A stretch of DNA of 64,000 bases from the NCBI GenBank assembly GCA_050633305.1, contig JBOEGF010000027.1, positions 95,403 through 159,402 of the forward strand, read 5' to 3'. The position numbers were made by a program, and so were the translations under genes. Positions within the stretch are counted from its first letter, which is position 1; every line of letters begins with the position of its first letter. The notes beneath the pieces were generated by a model. That model did no database searches. It was given only the letters and a program-made list of their open reading frames with translations, and had not been told where the DNA came from. Source of the stretch: Nannocystales bacterium. Its GTDB lineage: Bacteria > Myxococcota_A > Polyangia > Nannocystales > Nannocystaceae. This document shows, in pieces, positions 36,917-46,937 of this stretch.

Positions 36917-38080
36917 TCAGTGTACACGCTTGGGGCCCGACGGATTGCGCTGGGGCCCGCTTGCCTGAACTCGCGCGTCGCACCCTGCAGAGTCCCCGAG
37001 GGTGCACGCTTTGTCGAAGGCCCGTTGTGCGGCGAGCAAGTCTGCCCGTCCCATCTCCCGCTCCAGATGGACGCCCAGCATGCGGCAGCCATGCGCATCG
37101 TCGAGCCGGCATGCGTGCTCGAGCAACGACTCGATGTCGTCATCTTCGTCGACGCCGCGTGGCAGCGCCTGCGCCAGCGTTGTGCAACCCCGAGCAACAT
37201 CCCTGGCGCATGCGCGGCGCAGCCCGTCCTCAACTTCAGAAACCGCTCCATGTTCGGCGAGCGTCGCCACGCCCAAATGCACACACCCCTCCAGGTCGTC
37301 CTCGGTGCAGGCACGTGCGTAGAGTTTCCGCGCGCGCGACAGATCGACCGGCACGCCTTGTCCATGCTCGAACATGAGACCCCAGTTCGCGCACGCTTCC
37401 GCAACGCCGCCTTCGCAAGCCAACGCATACCGCCGATGCGCTCGAGCATACTCTCCAACCTCGTGGTCAGACGCCGCCGCCTCCGCGCAGGCCGGCCACA
37501 GTTCCAACGCACAAGGGTGGCCCTCGCTGGCGAGCGCGGTCATGGCCGCCAACGCTTCGTCCCGTTGCAACACCGTCGCCCGCTCCAGCTCGAGTGCCGC
37601 CGACAGCTCCTGCACCGCCCCTTCCAATGCCGCCGTCGATGACTCCAGGCGGCGGACGTCCGTGCGCGCCCGCTTGGCGTCCCCTCGGGCCTCGTCCGCA
37701 GCCGCCCATGCCTCATCGAGCAGGCGCCCGCGTTCGGCCTCTTCCTGCCGCCGACACTCCTCGATGATCGCATCCGCATCCGCGTCCGGGAGGGACGCCA
37801 GCTCGGTCGCCTCCACATCGCGACGGTCTCGCTCCAACCGACCGCTCCCGGTGCCGGGAACCGACCCCCCGACAGCGACGGAGCCCCCGCGGTCCCGCTC
37901 GACTCGCGTGGTCCGAAACGCCTCCACACACCCCCGAAAAACCAGCGTCGGTGTCGGGATACACTGGCCGTCGACCCGGGCCATCCCTCGGTCACAACGC
38001 GGAGCCGCAACCGCCCATCCACAACCCGATCCCGCTAGCAAACCCACCACCACCATCAATCTAAATCCCAACGTAATCAT
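36917..38080 (-). CDS. Lipoprotein with coiled coil and Sel1-like repeats
   Basis: GSGC lipobox; ACANWGLMFEHGQGVPVDLSRARKLYARAC-type repeats. Confidence 0.75.
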   Translation of the reverse strand: MITLGFRLMVVVGLLAGSGCGWAVAAPRCDRGMARVDGQCIPTPTLVFRGCVEAFRTTRVERDRGGSVAVGGSVPGTGSGRLERDRRDVEATELASLPDADADAIIEECRRQEEAERGRLLDEAWAAADEARGDAKRARTDVRRLESSTAALEGAVQELSAALELERATVLQRDEALAAMTALASEGHPCALELWPACAEAAASDHEVGEYARAHRRYALACEGGVAEACANWGLMFEHGQGVPVDLSRARKLYARACTEDDLEGCVHLGVATLAEHGAVSEVEDGLRRACARDVARGCTTLAQALPRGVDEDDDIESLLEHACRLDDAHGCRMLGVHLEREMGRADLLAAQRAFDKACTLGDSAGCDARVQASGPQRNPSGPKRVH

Positions 38081-38207
38081 GGTGTCAGTATCTCTAGGAC
38101 GCGTGGCGATGCGAAAGACCAGCGCGCGAGGACGGGACATCTCGTCGCAGGAGGGATCCGATCGCCCGCAGCGTGGCCTCGGGAAGACAGCGCCCCCGGG
38201 CTCGTGC

Positions 38208-40994
38208 ATGCTCGACACCATGGCCGGCCCAACGACCCCCACGGCGACCGACTCGGGGCTCGTCGCGGGTGACGGGGGCTGGACGACCCCACCGGCCGAA
38301 GGACCGCGTCGAGGTGCATCCTTTGGCCGGTACGTCGTCCTTCACGAGATCGGGTCGGGAGGAATGGGCGTCGTCTACGCCGCCTACGACCCCGAACTCG
38401 ATCGTCGTGTCGCGCTCAAGGTCCTGGGAGAAGCCGCGGGAACCGACACCGGCCGAGCCCGGCTGCTCCGCGAGGCGCAGACGATGGCACGCCTCTCCCA
38501 CCCCAACGTCATCACCGTTCACGACGTTGGTGAAGTCGAAGGCCGACTCTTCATCGCGATGGAGCTGGTGGCAGGATGCGACCTCAAGCGCTGGTTGGAG
38601 GAGACGCGGCCGTGGCAGGACGTACTCTCGGTGCTCCTCCAAGCCGGCCGAGGCCTCGCGGCAGCGCACGACCAGGGTCTCATTCACCGCGACTTCAAGC
38701 CTGCCAACGTGCTCGTCGGCGACGACGGCCTGGTTCGGGTGCTGGACTTCGGCCTCGCGCGACGCTTCGGACAGGTCGACGAGCCGCCCACGGGCGATAC
38801 GAGCGACCTCGACCTTTCGAGCTCCCACAACTCGCACACCGAGCAGCTCACCCAGACCGGAGCGATCGCGGGCACCCCCGCGTACATGAGTCCCGAGCAG
38901 CACGCCCGCGGCGAACTCGACGGCAAGAGCGACCAGTTCAGTTTCTGTGTCACCGCGTTCGAAGCGTTGTTCGGTGAGCGCCCGTTCGATGGCAACGGTC
39001 GGATGGCGCTGATGCTGCAGGCGACCCAAGGCGAGCGGCGGCCCATCCCCAAGTCAACGCAAGTCCCCGGTCGGATCTGCGAGGCGATCGTTCGTGGCCT
39101 GCAGCCCAAGCCCTCCGAGCGTTGGCCCCACATGCGAGGACTGCTCGAGCAACTCGAGCGCCGCCCCGCGTCCCACCGCAACATCGCCCTGGGCGCAACC
39201 GCTCTCGTCGGTCTCGCGGGGGTCGTCGCCGTCAGCCTCGAGCACGAGAGCGATCCGCCGTGCCCCCCACTGACGAGCCTTCGCGCAGGCCTGCTCCCCG
39301 ACGAGATTCGCGGCGAGATTCGAGGAGCATTCACAGGCACAGGGGTCCCCTTCGCCGACCAAGCGCTCGTGCATACCCTGAACACAGCCGACGCCTACGC
39401 CGACGAGTGGAGCCGGGCACGACTTGAGACCTGTGAAGCGACGCGAGTCCGGCACGACCGCTCCGAGAACCTCCATGACCGCTCGGTGGCCTGCCTCGAT
39501 GCCCTACGCCGGGACTTCGATGCAACCCTCGACGTCCTCGCCGAGGCCAAAGCGCAAACCGTCGAGAAATCCGTGGCCCTGCTGGGCAACCTCCGGCCAG
39601 TCCAAGGCTGCGCTGACGCCGAAGCGCTCTTGGAAGCCTACCCAGCACCCGCGCCCGAGCTGGCGGAGTCGGTCGAAGCTGCGGAAGCGCTCCTGTCTCG
39701 CGGCCGAGCCCTGTTGGGGGCGCGCCGGGACGGCGATGCTCTCGAGGCACTGCGACAGGCCGACGAGGCCGCGACGTCATCGACCCATCCCCCGACGATG
39801 GCGGCGGCTTCGCTCGAGTTTTCCATCGCGCTGAGCCGCAACTCGCAGCGGGAGCTCGCCACCGAGAAGTTTCACGGCGCGGGACAGCTCGCGGCTCGGC
39901 TGGGGGATGATCGCCTACTCACGCGCACGTGGATCGAGATGGGACGGCATCTCTTTCACGCCGAGTCGGCCCACGCCGAGGCGCTTCGGTGGTTCGACTA
40001 CGCCGAGGCCGTGCTTGCGAGGGTCCCGGACGCGTACACCCTCGAACTCGACCTCCGAGAGGCTCGCGGGTCTGCGCTCTCCGAACAAGGGAAGTTCAAG
40101 GAGGCACTCGCGGAGCTCGACACCCTCGATTCCCACCGCCCGCCGGGCAAGAAACGCGCGTGGGGAGAAGAGGTTCTGCGCGCCAACATCCACACTTGGC
40201 AGGGCGACTATTCGGCGGCGGAGGCTGCATTTGGGCGCGCCACAGAGCGCGCGTTGGAGACGATGGGTGAGGACCACCCAGTCTTCGCAGGCATCCACAA
40301 CGGACTGGGCACCGTCGCCTTCTCCCGAGGAGACCTCGCTGCGGCCGAGGCCGGCTTCCGCCGGGCGCATGAGATCATGAGGGCGGCGCTCCCCGACGAC
40401 AGCCAAGACCTGTTGTTCTCCCTGGGCAACATCGGAGAGATCCAGCGCATGCGAGGCAACCACGAGGCTGCACACGAAACGATGCTTGCAGTGGAGCGGC
40501 TGGTGAAGAATGCGTTCCCGCCCGTCCACCGCGAGGTGGGCACCACCAATCACAACATCGCCAGCAACTATCGAGAGTGGGGCAAGCTCGAAGAGTCCCT
40601 GCTCCGCTACGATGTCGCGATCGATGTCCGGCGAGAGATTCACGGCGCCAGGCACGTCTACGTCTCAAACAGCCTCACCGGAAAAGGCCTCGCCCTGCTC
40701 GACCTCGGGCGCACCGGCGAAGCGCTTCCGTTGCTCGAAGAAGCGCTGTCGATCCGCAGCGAGACGGGGGCGCCGCCCCGAAAACGGGCCCGCACCGAGT
40801 TCGGCTTGGCTCGCGCCCTGGCGCTGACCTCCGGCGACATGACGCGGGCGCGCAGCCTCGCCACAGCGGCGCGGGACCGTCTCCGCGACCAGAACGACGA
40901 CACCGCTGCCGACCGCATCACGAAGATCGATGCTTGGCTCTCCGAACATGGGGTCGAGATGGGCGCCGAGCCCACACCCCCAGCCCAACCATGA
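38208..40994 (+). CDS. Ser/Thr protein kinase with TM segment and TPR domain
   Basis: GSGGMG, VALK, HRDFKPAN, DFG, GTPAYMSPE; C-terminal TPRs. Confidence 0.92.
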   Translation: MLDTMAGPTTPTATDSGLVAGDGGWTTPPAEGPRRGASFGRYVVLHEIGSGGMGVVYAAYDPELDRRVALKVLGEAAGTDTGRARLLREAQTMARLSHPNVITVHDVGEVEGRLFIAMELVAGCDLKRWLEETRPWQDVLSVLLQAGRGLAAAHDQGLIHRDFKPANVLVGDDGLVRVLDFGLARRFGQVDEPPTGDTSDLDLSSSHNSHTEQLTQTGAIAGTPAYMSPEQHARGELDGKSDQFSFCVTAFEALFGERPFDGNGRMALMLQATQGERRPIPKSTQVPGRICEAIVRGLQPKPSERWPHMRGLLEQLERRPASHRNIALGATALVGLAGVVAVSLEHESDPPCPPLTSLRAGLLPDEIRGEIRGAFTGTGVPFADQALVHTLNTADAYADEWSRARLETCEATRVRHDRSENLHDRSVACLDALRRDFDATLDVLAEAKAQTVEKSVALLGNLRPVQGCADAEALLEAYPAPAPELAESVEAAEALLSRGRALLGARRDGDALEALRQADEAATSSTHPPTMAAASLEFSIALSRNSQRELATEKFHGAGQLAARLGDDRLLTRTWIEMGRHLFHAESAHAEALRWFDYAEAVLARVPDAYTLELDLREARGSALSEQGKFKEALAELDTLDSHRPPGKKRAWGEEVLRANIHTWQGDYSAAEAAFGRATERALETMGEDHPVFAGIHNGLGTVAFSRGDLAAAEAGFRRAHEIMRAALPDDSQDLLFSLGNIGEIQRMRGNHEAAHETMLAVERLVKNAFPPVHREVGTTNHNIASNYREWGKLEESLLRYDVAIDVRREIHGARHVYVSNSLTGKGLALLDLGRTGEALPLLEEALSIRSETGAPPRKRARTEFGLARALALTSGDMTRARSLATAARDRLRDQNDDTAADRITKIDAWLSEHGVEMGAEPTPPAQP

Positions 40995-42630
40995 ACGCGG
41001 CCCAGGCCAGCCCGGAGGCCCCGTGTTTTCTCGCGCGGCAGTTGCAGCCCTCATCGTCACCGCCAAGCCCTTGCTCGGCGTTCCAACTGCGGCGTGTATC
41101 GATGACCTGCTCGCTCAGGTCGACAACCGTCATCGCGGGCCCCTGCATGGGGACTTCCTGAACCCGAAGCGCGGCGGGTTGGGCCGGGTCCGGGCTGCCC
41201 GCGACCGCGAGCCGGCTGCCATCGTCGAACTCCACGTAGTCGGAGCCTTCACAAGCGAACACCATCGTGGCGTCGTAGAAGTTCGAGACCGGCTGAAGGT
41301 CGGGGTTTTCGTGGAAGATGGGGTCCAACGTCATCTCCTGTGGCGACAATGTGGTGTACAGCCGCGTCAGATACGCGTTGTGGTTCAGGATATCCATCGC
41401 GTGCTCAGCGGGACCGATGATCCGCGCCTCGAGCTCGTCCGCAAACGCCCCTGCGTCCCACGATTCGCGGTCGGCATCTTCTTCGTAGCACGACAGACAC
41501 CCGTAGTAGTCCTCGAACGAGACCCCCGTCGGCACGGGGAGGAAACGAGACAGCACCCCCTCGATCAACGGATGGACCGCGGAGCAGGAACCATCCGTAC
41601 AACTGAGGAGCTGTTGAAGCCCCAGCTCGGCCACCGCCGCCTCGGGTGAGGCCTCCCGATACCGCTGCGCATCCCACAGGGGGTTCAAGATTCCGTCGTC
41701 GAGCACGACGTCCGAAGGGCCGGCGTACTCGGTGACGAAGCCATGGCCATCACTGCCGTCCGCATCGACAGCTCGGGTGACCACGGACTCATAGTTGCTG
41801 CCCAAGTTCTGCCAGTCGATGGCCGCGAGGTTGAGTTCGACGCTGCTGTAGTTCGTTGGGGCTACACGAGACTCCCCAAGAAAAAACGCCCGTACACCCA
41901 TGTCGTCCGTCGCCGCAATGCGCGTCAACCGGATCGGGACACACGGCTCGTCCCCTTCATAGCGGATCACGACAGGGTGGATCTCGTCGACCCCGACACC
42001 ACCGCGTAGCTTGAACGCGACAAAGAGGAACCGCTTGTCGAGATAGGCTTGAAGCTCGCCGGGCGCGTCATCATCCTGCGCGTAGCCGTTCTCATCGAGC
42101 CATTCGAGCACCCCATCGATGGTCCCGCCCTCGAGGACCGCGTATTCAAACGCACCGGCCGTCCCGCGAGAGACCACCTGTGGGTCCTCGTCGAATGAAC
42201 CGCCCACACCCAGGTCCTCGCCCACGCCGCCGTCGGCCTCCAGTGCCGAGTTTGCGGTAAACGAAGCACACCCACCCCCTCGTTCCCGCTGCGATCCGCA
42301 GTCTTCAAACACGGTGGTCGTGCGAAATGTCGGCGCGGTCGCGCTCAACAGGTTCCGAAACAACGCGTCGGATCCCGCCTCGATCTCTGGCGCAGCCATC
42401 ACCGGGACCACCCACGCGAACGCCTCAGGGTCTCCCTGGTACTGAATCTGGACGTGTGCCTCGACAGTGGTTTCGTCGATCACGAACAAAATGTTCTCGC
42501 CGCTCTGGTCGACAGGCATCCCGATCGGTCCGGCATCGCAGAACGTGCCCCCGCAGGCGTTCACACGAGACGGAATCGCGGCAAGACCCAACGCCAACCC
42601 CACCGCTGCCAGGGCAATACAAGCTCGCAT
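40918..42630 (-). CDS. DUF2330 domain protein with MYXO-CTERM-like tail
   Basis: ACGGTFC, QSGENILF, FAWVVPV, CVPIRLT, YLTRLYT; ends GCNCR...GLAWAAFMVGLGVWARR. Confidence 0.85.
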   Translation of the reverse strand: MRACIALAAVGLALGLAAIPSRVNACGGTFCDAGPIGMPVDQSGENILFVIDETTVEAHVQIQYQGDPEAFAWVVPVMAAPEIEAGSDALFRNLLSATAPTFRTTTVFEDCGSQRERGGGCASFTANSALEADGGVGEDLGVGGSFDEDPQVVSRGTAGAFEYAVLEGGTIDGVLEWLDENGYAQDDDAPGELQAYLDKRFLFVAFKLRGGVGVDEIHPVVIRYEGDEPCVPIRLTRIAATDDMGVRAFFLGESRVAPTNYSSVELNLAAIDWQNLGSNYESVVTRAVDADGSDGHGFVTEYAGPSDVVLDDGILNPLWDAQRYREASPEAAVAELGLQQLLSCTDGSCSAVHPLIEGVLSRFLPVPTGVSFEDYYGCLSCYEEDADRESWDAGAFADELEARIIGPAEHAMDILNHNAYLTRLYTTLSPQEMTLDPIFHENPDLQPVSNFYDATMVFACEGSDYVEFDDGSRLAVAGSPDPAQPAALRVQEVPMQGPAMTVVDLSEQVIDTRRSWNAEQGLGGDDEGCNCRARKHGASGLAWAAFMVGLGVWARRPSRPHVRRAKHRSS

Positions 42631-42661
42631 GGACGGGTAGTGTCGGCCGCCCCCGGAACGA

Positions 42662-43771
42662 TCATCCCCCGAGCCACGCGGCGACAAAAAACCCTGCAAA
42701 CGTGCCTAGCGCGGTCCCTACGGACCCCACGAGAACGGCCGGCAGGACGAGATCGGGCCGGCCTAGGCTGCGTGCAAGGGCGAGCGCCGTCGTCCCACCG
42801 CCGATGTTGGCTTGAGAGGCGACGGCCGCCAGCGCCGGGTCGAGCCGAAAGACCTTGGCGGCCGCGAACGACACGGCGCCATGAACACCGACACAGGTCA
42901 CCGCAAGAACCGCGATCCGTCCGCCGACCGCTCCCAGGGAGCCGAGCGCCTGCACGTCGCACAGCGCACCGATCGCGGCGAGGAAGACATACACCGCAAA
43001 CATGCCGACCGCCTTCGCACCACGCAGACCAGACACCGCAGGAACCTGCGCCAAGATGAGCGCGAGCACGGTGAGCACGAGCATGCTCGGCAGGCCCAAC
43101 GGCTCGGCGACGACCGCACTTGCCCAAGCGCATCCCAGACCCAGCGTGAACAACACCGCGAGGTCTCGTGGTGCGACGGCCTCGCGATCGGGGTCCTCCT
43201 CCCCGGGCTCGCGCATCGCCTCCCCCACCCGTGCGCCCAACCAGCGCGGAAGCGCAATGGTGACCGCCATCCACACGGCGGTGATGCCAGAGTCGACCGC
43301 CATGGCGCCCGCGTAGAGCGGACCACTCTTCATGACCTCGTAGTGAAGCGCGATCGCGTTGAAGTTGGCGCTTCCGCCAATGTACGTCGCCGTGAACATG
43401 CCGGCCATTGCGGGGGTCTGCTCCCCGAACGGCGCGTCGTCGAGCAGCCAAAGCGCAAGCGCGACTCCGAGGGCAGTGCCAAGTGCACCCACGAAGAACA
43501 ACAGCAGCAGCTGCGGGCCAGCCTTGAGAACCGCCCGCAGGTTCACGCCCAGCAACAACCAGAAGATCGACAGCGGCGCCACATGGCCGAAGATGCTGCT
43601 GTAGACCGGGTTGTCGCCGGTTGGGATGACCCCGAGGTTGGAGACGAGGGCAGTGACGACGATGACGAGCAGCGCCACCCCAGCGTGTCGAAGCGGCGTC
43701 TTGTCGACGAGCCACTGCGAGGCGATCACACAAGATGCGATCACGGCAGCGACAAAGACGGGGTCGGTCAT
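42662..43771 (-). CDS. DUF819 family membrane protein
   Basis: ATYIGGSANF, ASQANIGG, multiple TM helices. Confidence 0.85.
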   Translation of the reverse strand: MTDPVFVAAVIASCVIASQWLVDKTPLRHAGVALLVIVVTALVSNLGVIPTGDNPVYSSIFGHVAPLSIFWLLLGVNLRAVLKAGPQLLLLFFVGALGTALGVALALWLLDDAPFGEQTPAMAGMFTATYIGGSANFNAIALHYEVMKSGPLYAGAMAVDSGITAVWMAVTIALPRWLGARVGEAMREPGEEDPDREAVAPRDLAVLFTLGLGCAWASAVVAEPLGLPSMLVLTVLALILAQVPAVSGLRGAKAVGMFAVYVFLAAIGALCDVQALGSLGAVGGRIAVLAVTCVGVHGAVSFAAAKVFRLDPALAAVASQANIGGGTTALALARSLGRPDLVLPAVLVGSVGTALGTFAGFFVAAWLGG

Positions 43772-43775
43772 CGGT

Positions 43776-44663
43776 TCACTTCCAAACGATCAAGCCCGCA
43801 CCCACACTCATGAGCACAACCGCGGCCACCTTGAACCGGGTCACCGGTTCGTTGAACGCGAGGCGGCCGACGACCACGGACATCGTGACTCCGATCGCAC
43901 GCTTCCCCGCTTCCACGAGCGCGGTGAACAAGTGTTGGACCGCGACGAGCTGGCTCCCCAACCCCACCGCGCCCAACGAGATCGCAAACACCAGCGGCTT
44001 CCATGCGGTACGAACTGCGCCGAGGTCTCGCAACTGGTCGCGAGAGGCGAGAAGGACCAAGCCCACGATCGCCAAGCCCGCATTGAGAACCGCGCCGTGA
44101 ATCCCGAAGCCGGCGTGCTGGGTCGCGAGCTTGTCGACGACGATCGTCAACGACCAGCACAACGCGGTCACCAGCATCGGGAGGCTCCCGGGCTCCCGAA
44201 TCAACGCACGGGCAAAAGCGGACGGCCGCCGGTCCTGTGCCGCGCCAGCGTTGAGCACCAAGGCACCCAGGACCACCACCCCAATCCCCACAACCTGACG
44301 AAGGCCAGGCATCTCTCCCAGCAGCGGGTTGGCCGCGAGGGTGGTGAACACCGGCACAAACGCCAGCAGTGGGACGGTGAGGCTCAGCGGCGAGACGGTG
44401 ACCGCACGAAAGAAGCAGAGGTTCGCGACGACGTTCAGAAACAACGACGCCATCCCGGGCAGCGCGTAGCTCCAGCTCGTGATCGTGTCGTCCCCGAACC
44501 ATGCCCAGAGCAAGAACAGCGGCATCTGGCCAAGCGTGAGCAGGACGAGCAGCGCCACGGGAGAGACCCGTTGGACCAGCACCTTCCGCGACGCATCGAG
44601 CCCCGCCCAGCACAAGGCAGAGCCGACCGTGAGGCCAATGCCGACAGAGGGATCCGGGCTCAC
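43776..44663 (-). CDS. DMT/EamA family transporter
   Basis: About 10 TM helices with two-fold repeat, LLGE and FNEP motifs. Confidence 0.8.
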   Translation of the reverse strand: MSPDPSVGIGLTVGSALCWAGLDASRKVLVQRVSPVALLVLLTLGQMPLFLLWAWFGDDTITSWSYALPGMASLFLNVVANLCFFRAVTVSPLSLTVPLLAFVPVFTTLAANPLLGEMPGLRQVVGIGVVVLGALVLNAGAAQDRRPSAFARALIREPGSLPMLVTALCWSLTIVVDKLATQHAGFGIHGAVLNAGLAIVGLVLLASRDQLRDLGAVRTAWKPLVFAISLGAVGLGSQLVAVQHLFTALVEAGKRAIGVTMSVVVGRLAFNEPVTRFKVAAVVLMSVGAGLIVWK

Positions 44664-45505
44664 GGCGAGAGCACCACGTTGTCGATCAGCCGCACACCGC
44701 CGTATCGGACGGCGAACGCAACCAAGGTCGGGGCATCGACATGCTCGACCGGCTGCAGGGAGGAGGCGTCGACGGCTTGGACGTAGTCGACCTCGCCCGG
44801 GGCAAGCGCCCCCTGTGCCCCCGCCAACAACGCGGAGGTCTGTGTGACACCCGCCTCGAACCGCCGAAGCACCTCGGCCCGGAAAGCCGGCAGCCGAAGC
44901 GCATTGGAGCGGGCGGACGAGCTCAGATTGGCGTTGCGACTGGACATGGCCAAGCCATCGTCCTCACGTACGATCGGCATGGACGCCACTTCGCCCCCGA
45001 GGAACAGGTCCGCATGCATCCTTCGGAGGATCGCGAGCTGCTGATAGTCCTTCTCGCCGAACACTGCCACGTCGGGGCGCACGAGCATCCAGAGCTTCGT
45101 GACGACCGTGCACACCCCTCGAAAGTGATCCGGCCGCGACTCCCCGCACAGGGTGGAGGAGAGGCCTTCGACGTTCACCCACGTCTGTCTGGACGGGTAC
45201 ATCTGGCCGGGGTCACTGGGAATGAACACGACGTCGACGCCAGCGGACTCAGCAAACGCCAGGTCTTGCGCCTCGTCTCGCGGGTACGCCTCGAGGTCCT
45301 CGCCGGGGCCAAACTGGGTCGGGTTGACGAAGATCGACAGCACGAGGGAACCGGCGTCCGTGGGTACGCGACGTCGGGCATCGTGAAGCAAGCTCAAGTG
45401 GCCCGCGTGCAGGAAACCCATCGTGGGAACGAAGGCGACACGTTCGGTGGACCGCACGGCGGCTCGCCACCGGGACAACTCGGGAACGGTACGGATGATC
45501 TTCAT
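44660..45505 (-). CDS. panC: Pantoate--beta-alanine ligase
   Basis: VPTMGFLHAGH, SIFVNPTQF, RPDHFRGV, FGEKDYQQ, GLAMSSRN, RLIDN. Confidence 0.97.
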   Translation of the reverse strand: MKIIRTVPELSRWRAAVRSTERVAFVPTMGFLHAGHLSLLHDARRRVPTDAGSLVLSIFVNPTQFGPGEDLEAYPRDEAQDLAFAESAGVDVVFIPSDPGQMYPSRQTWVNVEGLSSTLCGESRPDHFRGVCTVVTKLWMLVRPDVAVFGEKDYQQLAILRRMHADLFLGGEVASMPIVREDDGLAMSSRNANLSSSARSNALRLPAFRAEVLRRFEAGVTQTSALLAGAQGALAPGEVDYVQAVDASSLQPVEHVDAPTLVAFAVRYGGVRLIDNVVLSP

Positions 45506-45514
45506 GGAAGCGGG

Positions 45515-46453
45515 TCAGCGAAGCTCGTCGCGGTGTCGCTGTGCGAGCACGCGATCGGCCTCTTCGGGCTCGGGCCGGCCGAGGTAGGCATCCCACAGTC
45601 GCGACGCGTTCGTCGACTCGCCGTGTGCCTGGTGCTCGAGCGCCCGCAGAAACATCCGTTCGTGGGCCGGTAGCATGGTCTCCACGGCAGGACGGGCCCT
45701 CAACGACCCCGGCTCACGCCGCAGTTGGCGGAAGACCTCACGCGCCGACTCGGAATCCCCGGCGCGATCGAGCACGAGGGCCCAGACATAGCGAGAGATC
45801 GACCGCTCCTCGGCATCGAGTGGCGCATCGTCGAGTGCCATCCGCGCCAGCCGGACCGCCTCCTCGAGTTCGCCCTCATGAAGGGCGGCGACGGCGGCCA
45901 TTCGTTCGATTCGGTAACGCTCCGCGTCGCCGGCTGTGTCGGCCAGCGCCAAGCTCTCCCGAGCGGCGGACGCCTCTGCGAGAACGCTCTGCGCGTACGC
46001 ACGGAAGTAATAGGCCTCGAACGGCGCCCGGTCCCCGCGCAACTGGGCCTCCTCGATGGCCGCGTTGAGAAACGCTATCGCTTCGTGGGCGGCGGTCTTC
46101 TGGGCCTCGATCGTCTCGTCGAGGTTGGGGTCCGACTCCGGCATCCAACCCGTAGGCACCGCCTCGAGGACCGCCTGTTGGGCGGCGAGGACCAACACGT
46201 CGGGTTCGCGTGGGCACTGGCGAGCACGCGCTCGCCAGACCCGCTCGAACTTGCCTCGACCTTGGGTGCCGAGGCGAATACCCAGGGCCTGTCGACCTGC
46301 GGCGTCGCATGTCCGCCAAGGTCTGGCCCCCGCTCGCGCCCACGCTGTGGGCGGCGGCGCCGAGGCTGGCTTCCACGAGTCTTGCGCCCCGGCCGAATCC
46401 CCTGCGGGTCCCACGAGGGCCGCGATCAGAGCGAGGGACGCAGCGCCGGGCAC
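45515..46453 (-). CDS. Secreted TPR-like hypothetical protein
   Basis: Signal-like N-terminus, helical Ala-rich repeats; start uncertain. Confidence 0.6.
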   Translation of the reverse strand: MPGAASLALIAALVGPAGDSAGAQDSWKPASAPPPTAWARAGARPWRTCDAAGRQALGIRLGTQGRGKFERVWRARARQCPREPDVLVLAAQQAVLEAVPTGWMPESDPNLDETIEAQKTAAHEAIAFLNAAIEEAQLRGDRAPFEAYYFRAYAQSVLAEASAARESLALADTAGDAERYRIERMAAVAALHEGELEEAVRLARMALDDAPLDAEERSISRYVWALVLDRAGDSESAREVFRQLRREPGSLRARPAVETMLPAHERMFLRALEHQAHGESTNASRLWDAYLGRPEPEEADRVLAQRHRDELR

Positions 46454-46523
46454 GGTGGGAGCATAACACCGCGGATTCGCCAAAAACTTGACCTCAGGGC
46501 CCTGTTCGAATCACTCGTAGTTG

Positions 46524-46892
46524 ATGGACGTCGCGCCCGCAGCTCGGACCACCCTGCGCCTCCTCGACGCGGGGGCTCGCGCAGTCCTCCACGCGGTCGT
46601 GTGGACGCTACATGGGGCATGGACGCATCGCAGCCGGCTCAGCGCAGTCTTTGTACGCCTGGCGTGGTGGGCGTCACTTTGGCTCGCCATCGACACCGCG
46701 AGCACGCTCGTGGACGTTCGGCTGCCGCTGGGCGTGGACGATACGCTCACGCGCTTCGCGGTCGGGGTGGGGCTGTGCTGGGTGGTCGTCGTCTTCTCCG
46801 CGGCCGCACGGCTGCGATGGGCTGCGATCGCCTTGGGTACGATCCACGGCGGGCTTGGCGTCCTGCTGTGGACCCTCAGCGGCGGCGGGTGA
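46524..46892 (+). CDS. Small hypothetical membrane protein
   Basis: Three to four hydrophobic segments; fills gap before lipoprotein gene. Confidence 0.55.
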   Translation: MDVAPAARTTLRLLDAGARAVLHAVVWTLHGAWTHRSRLSAVFVRLAWWASLWLAIDTASTLVDVRLPLGVDDTLTRFAVGVGLCWVVVVFSAAARLRWAAIALGTIHGGLGVLLWTLSGGG

Positions 46893-46937
46893 CGCACGCC
46901 CCTTGGACCCGCCGTGCGGATCGGGCAAGCTCGATCC

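Noticed and set aside
37374..38207. N-terminal extensions in the ORF track (kinase here; also rnd, EEP, DUF2723, modC, DsbA)
   Set aside because: They overlap real neighbouring genes or lack family motifs; later starts were chosen
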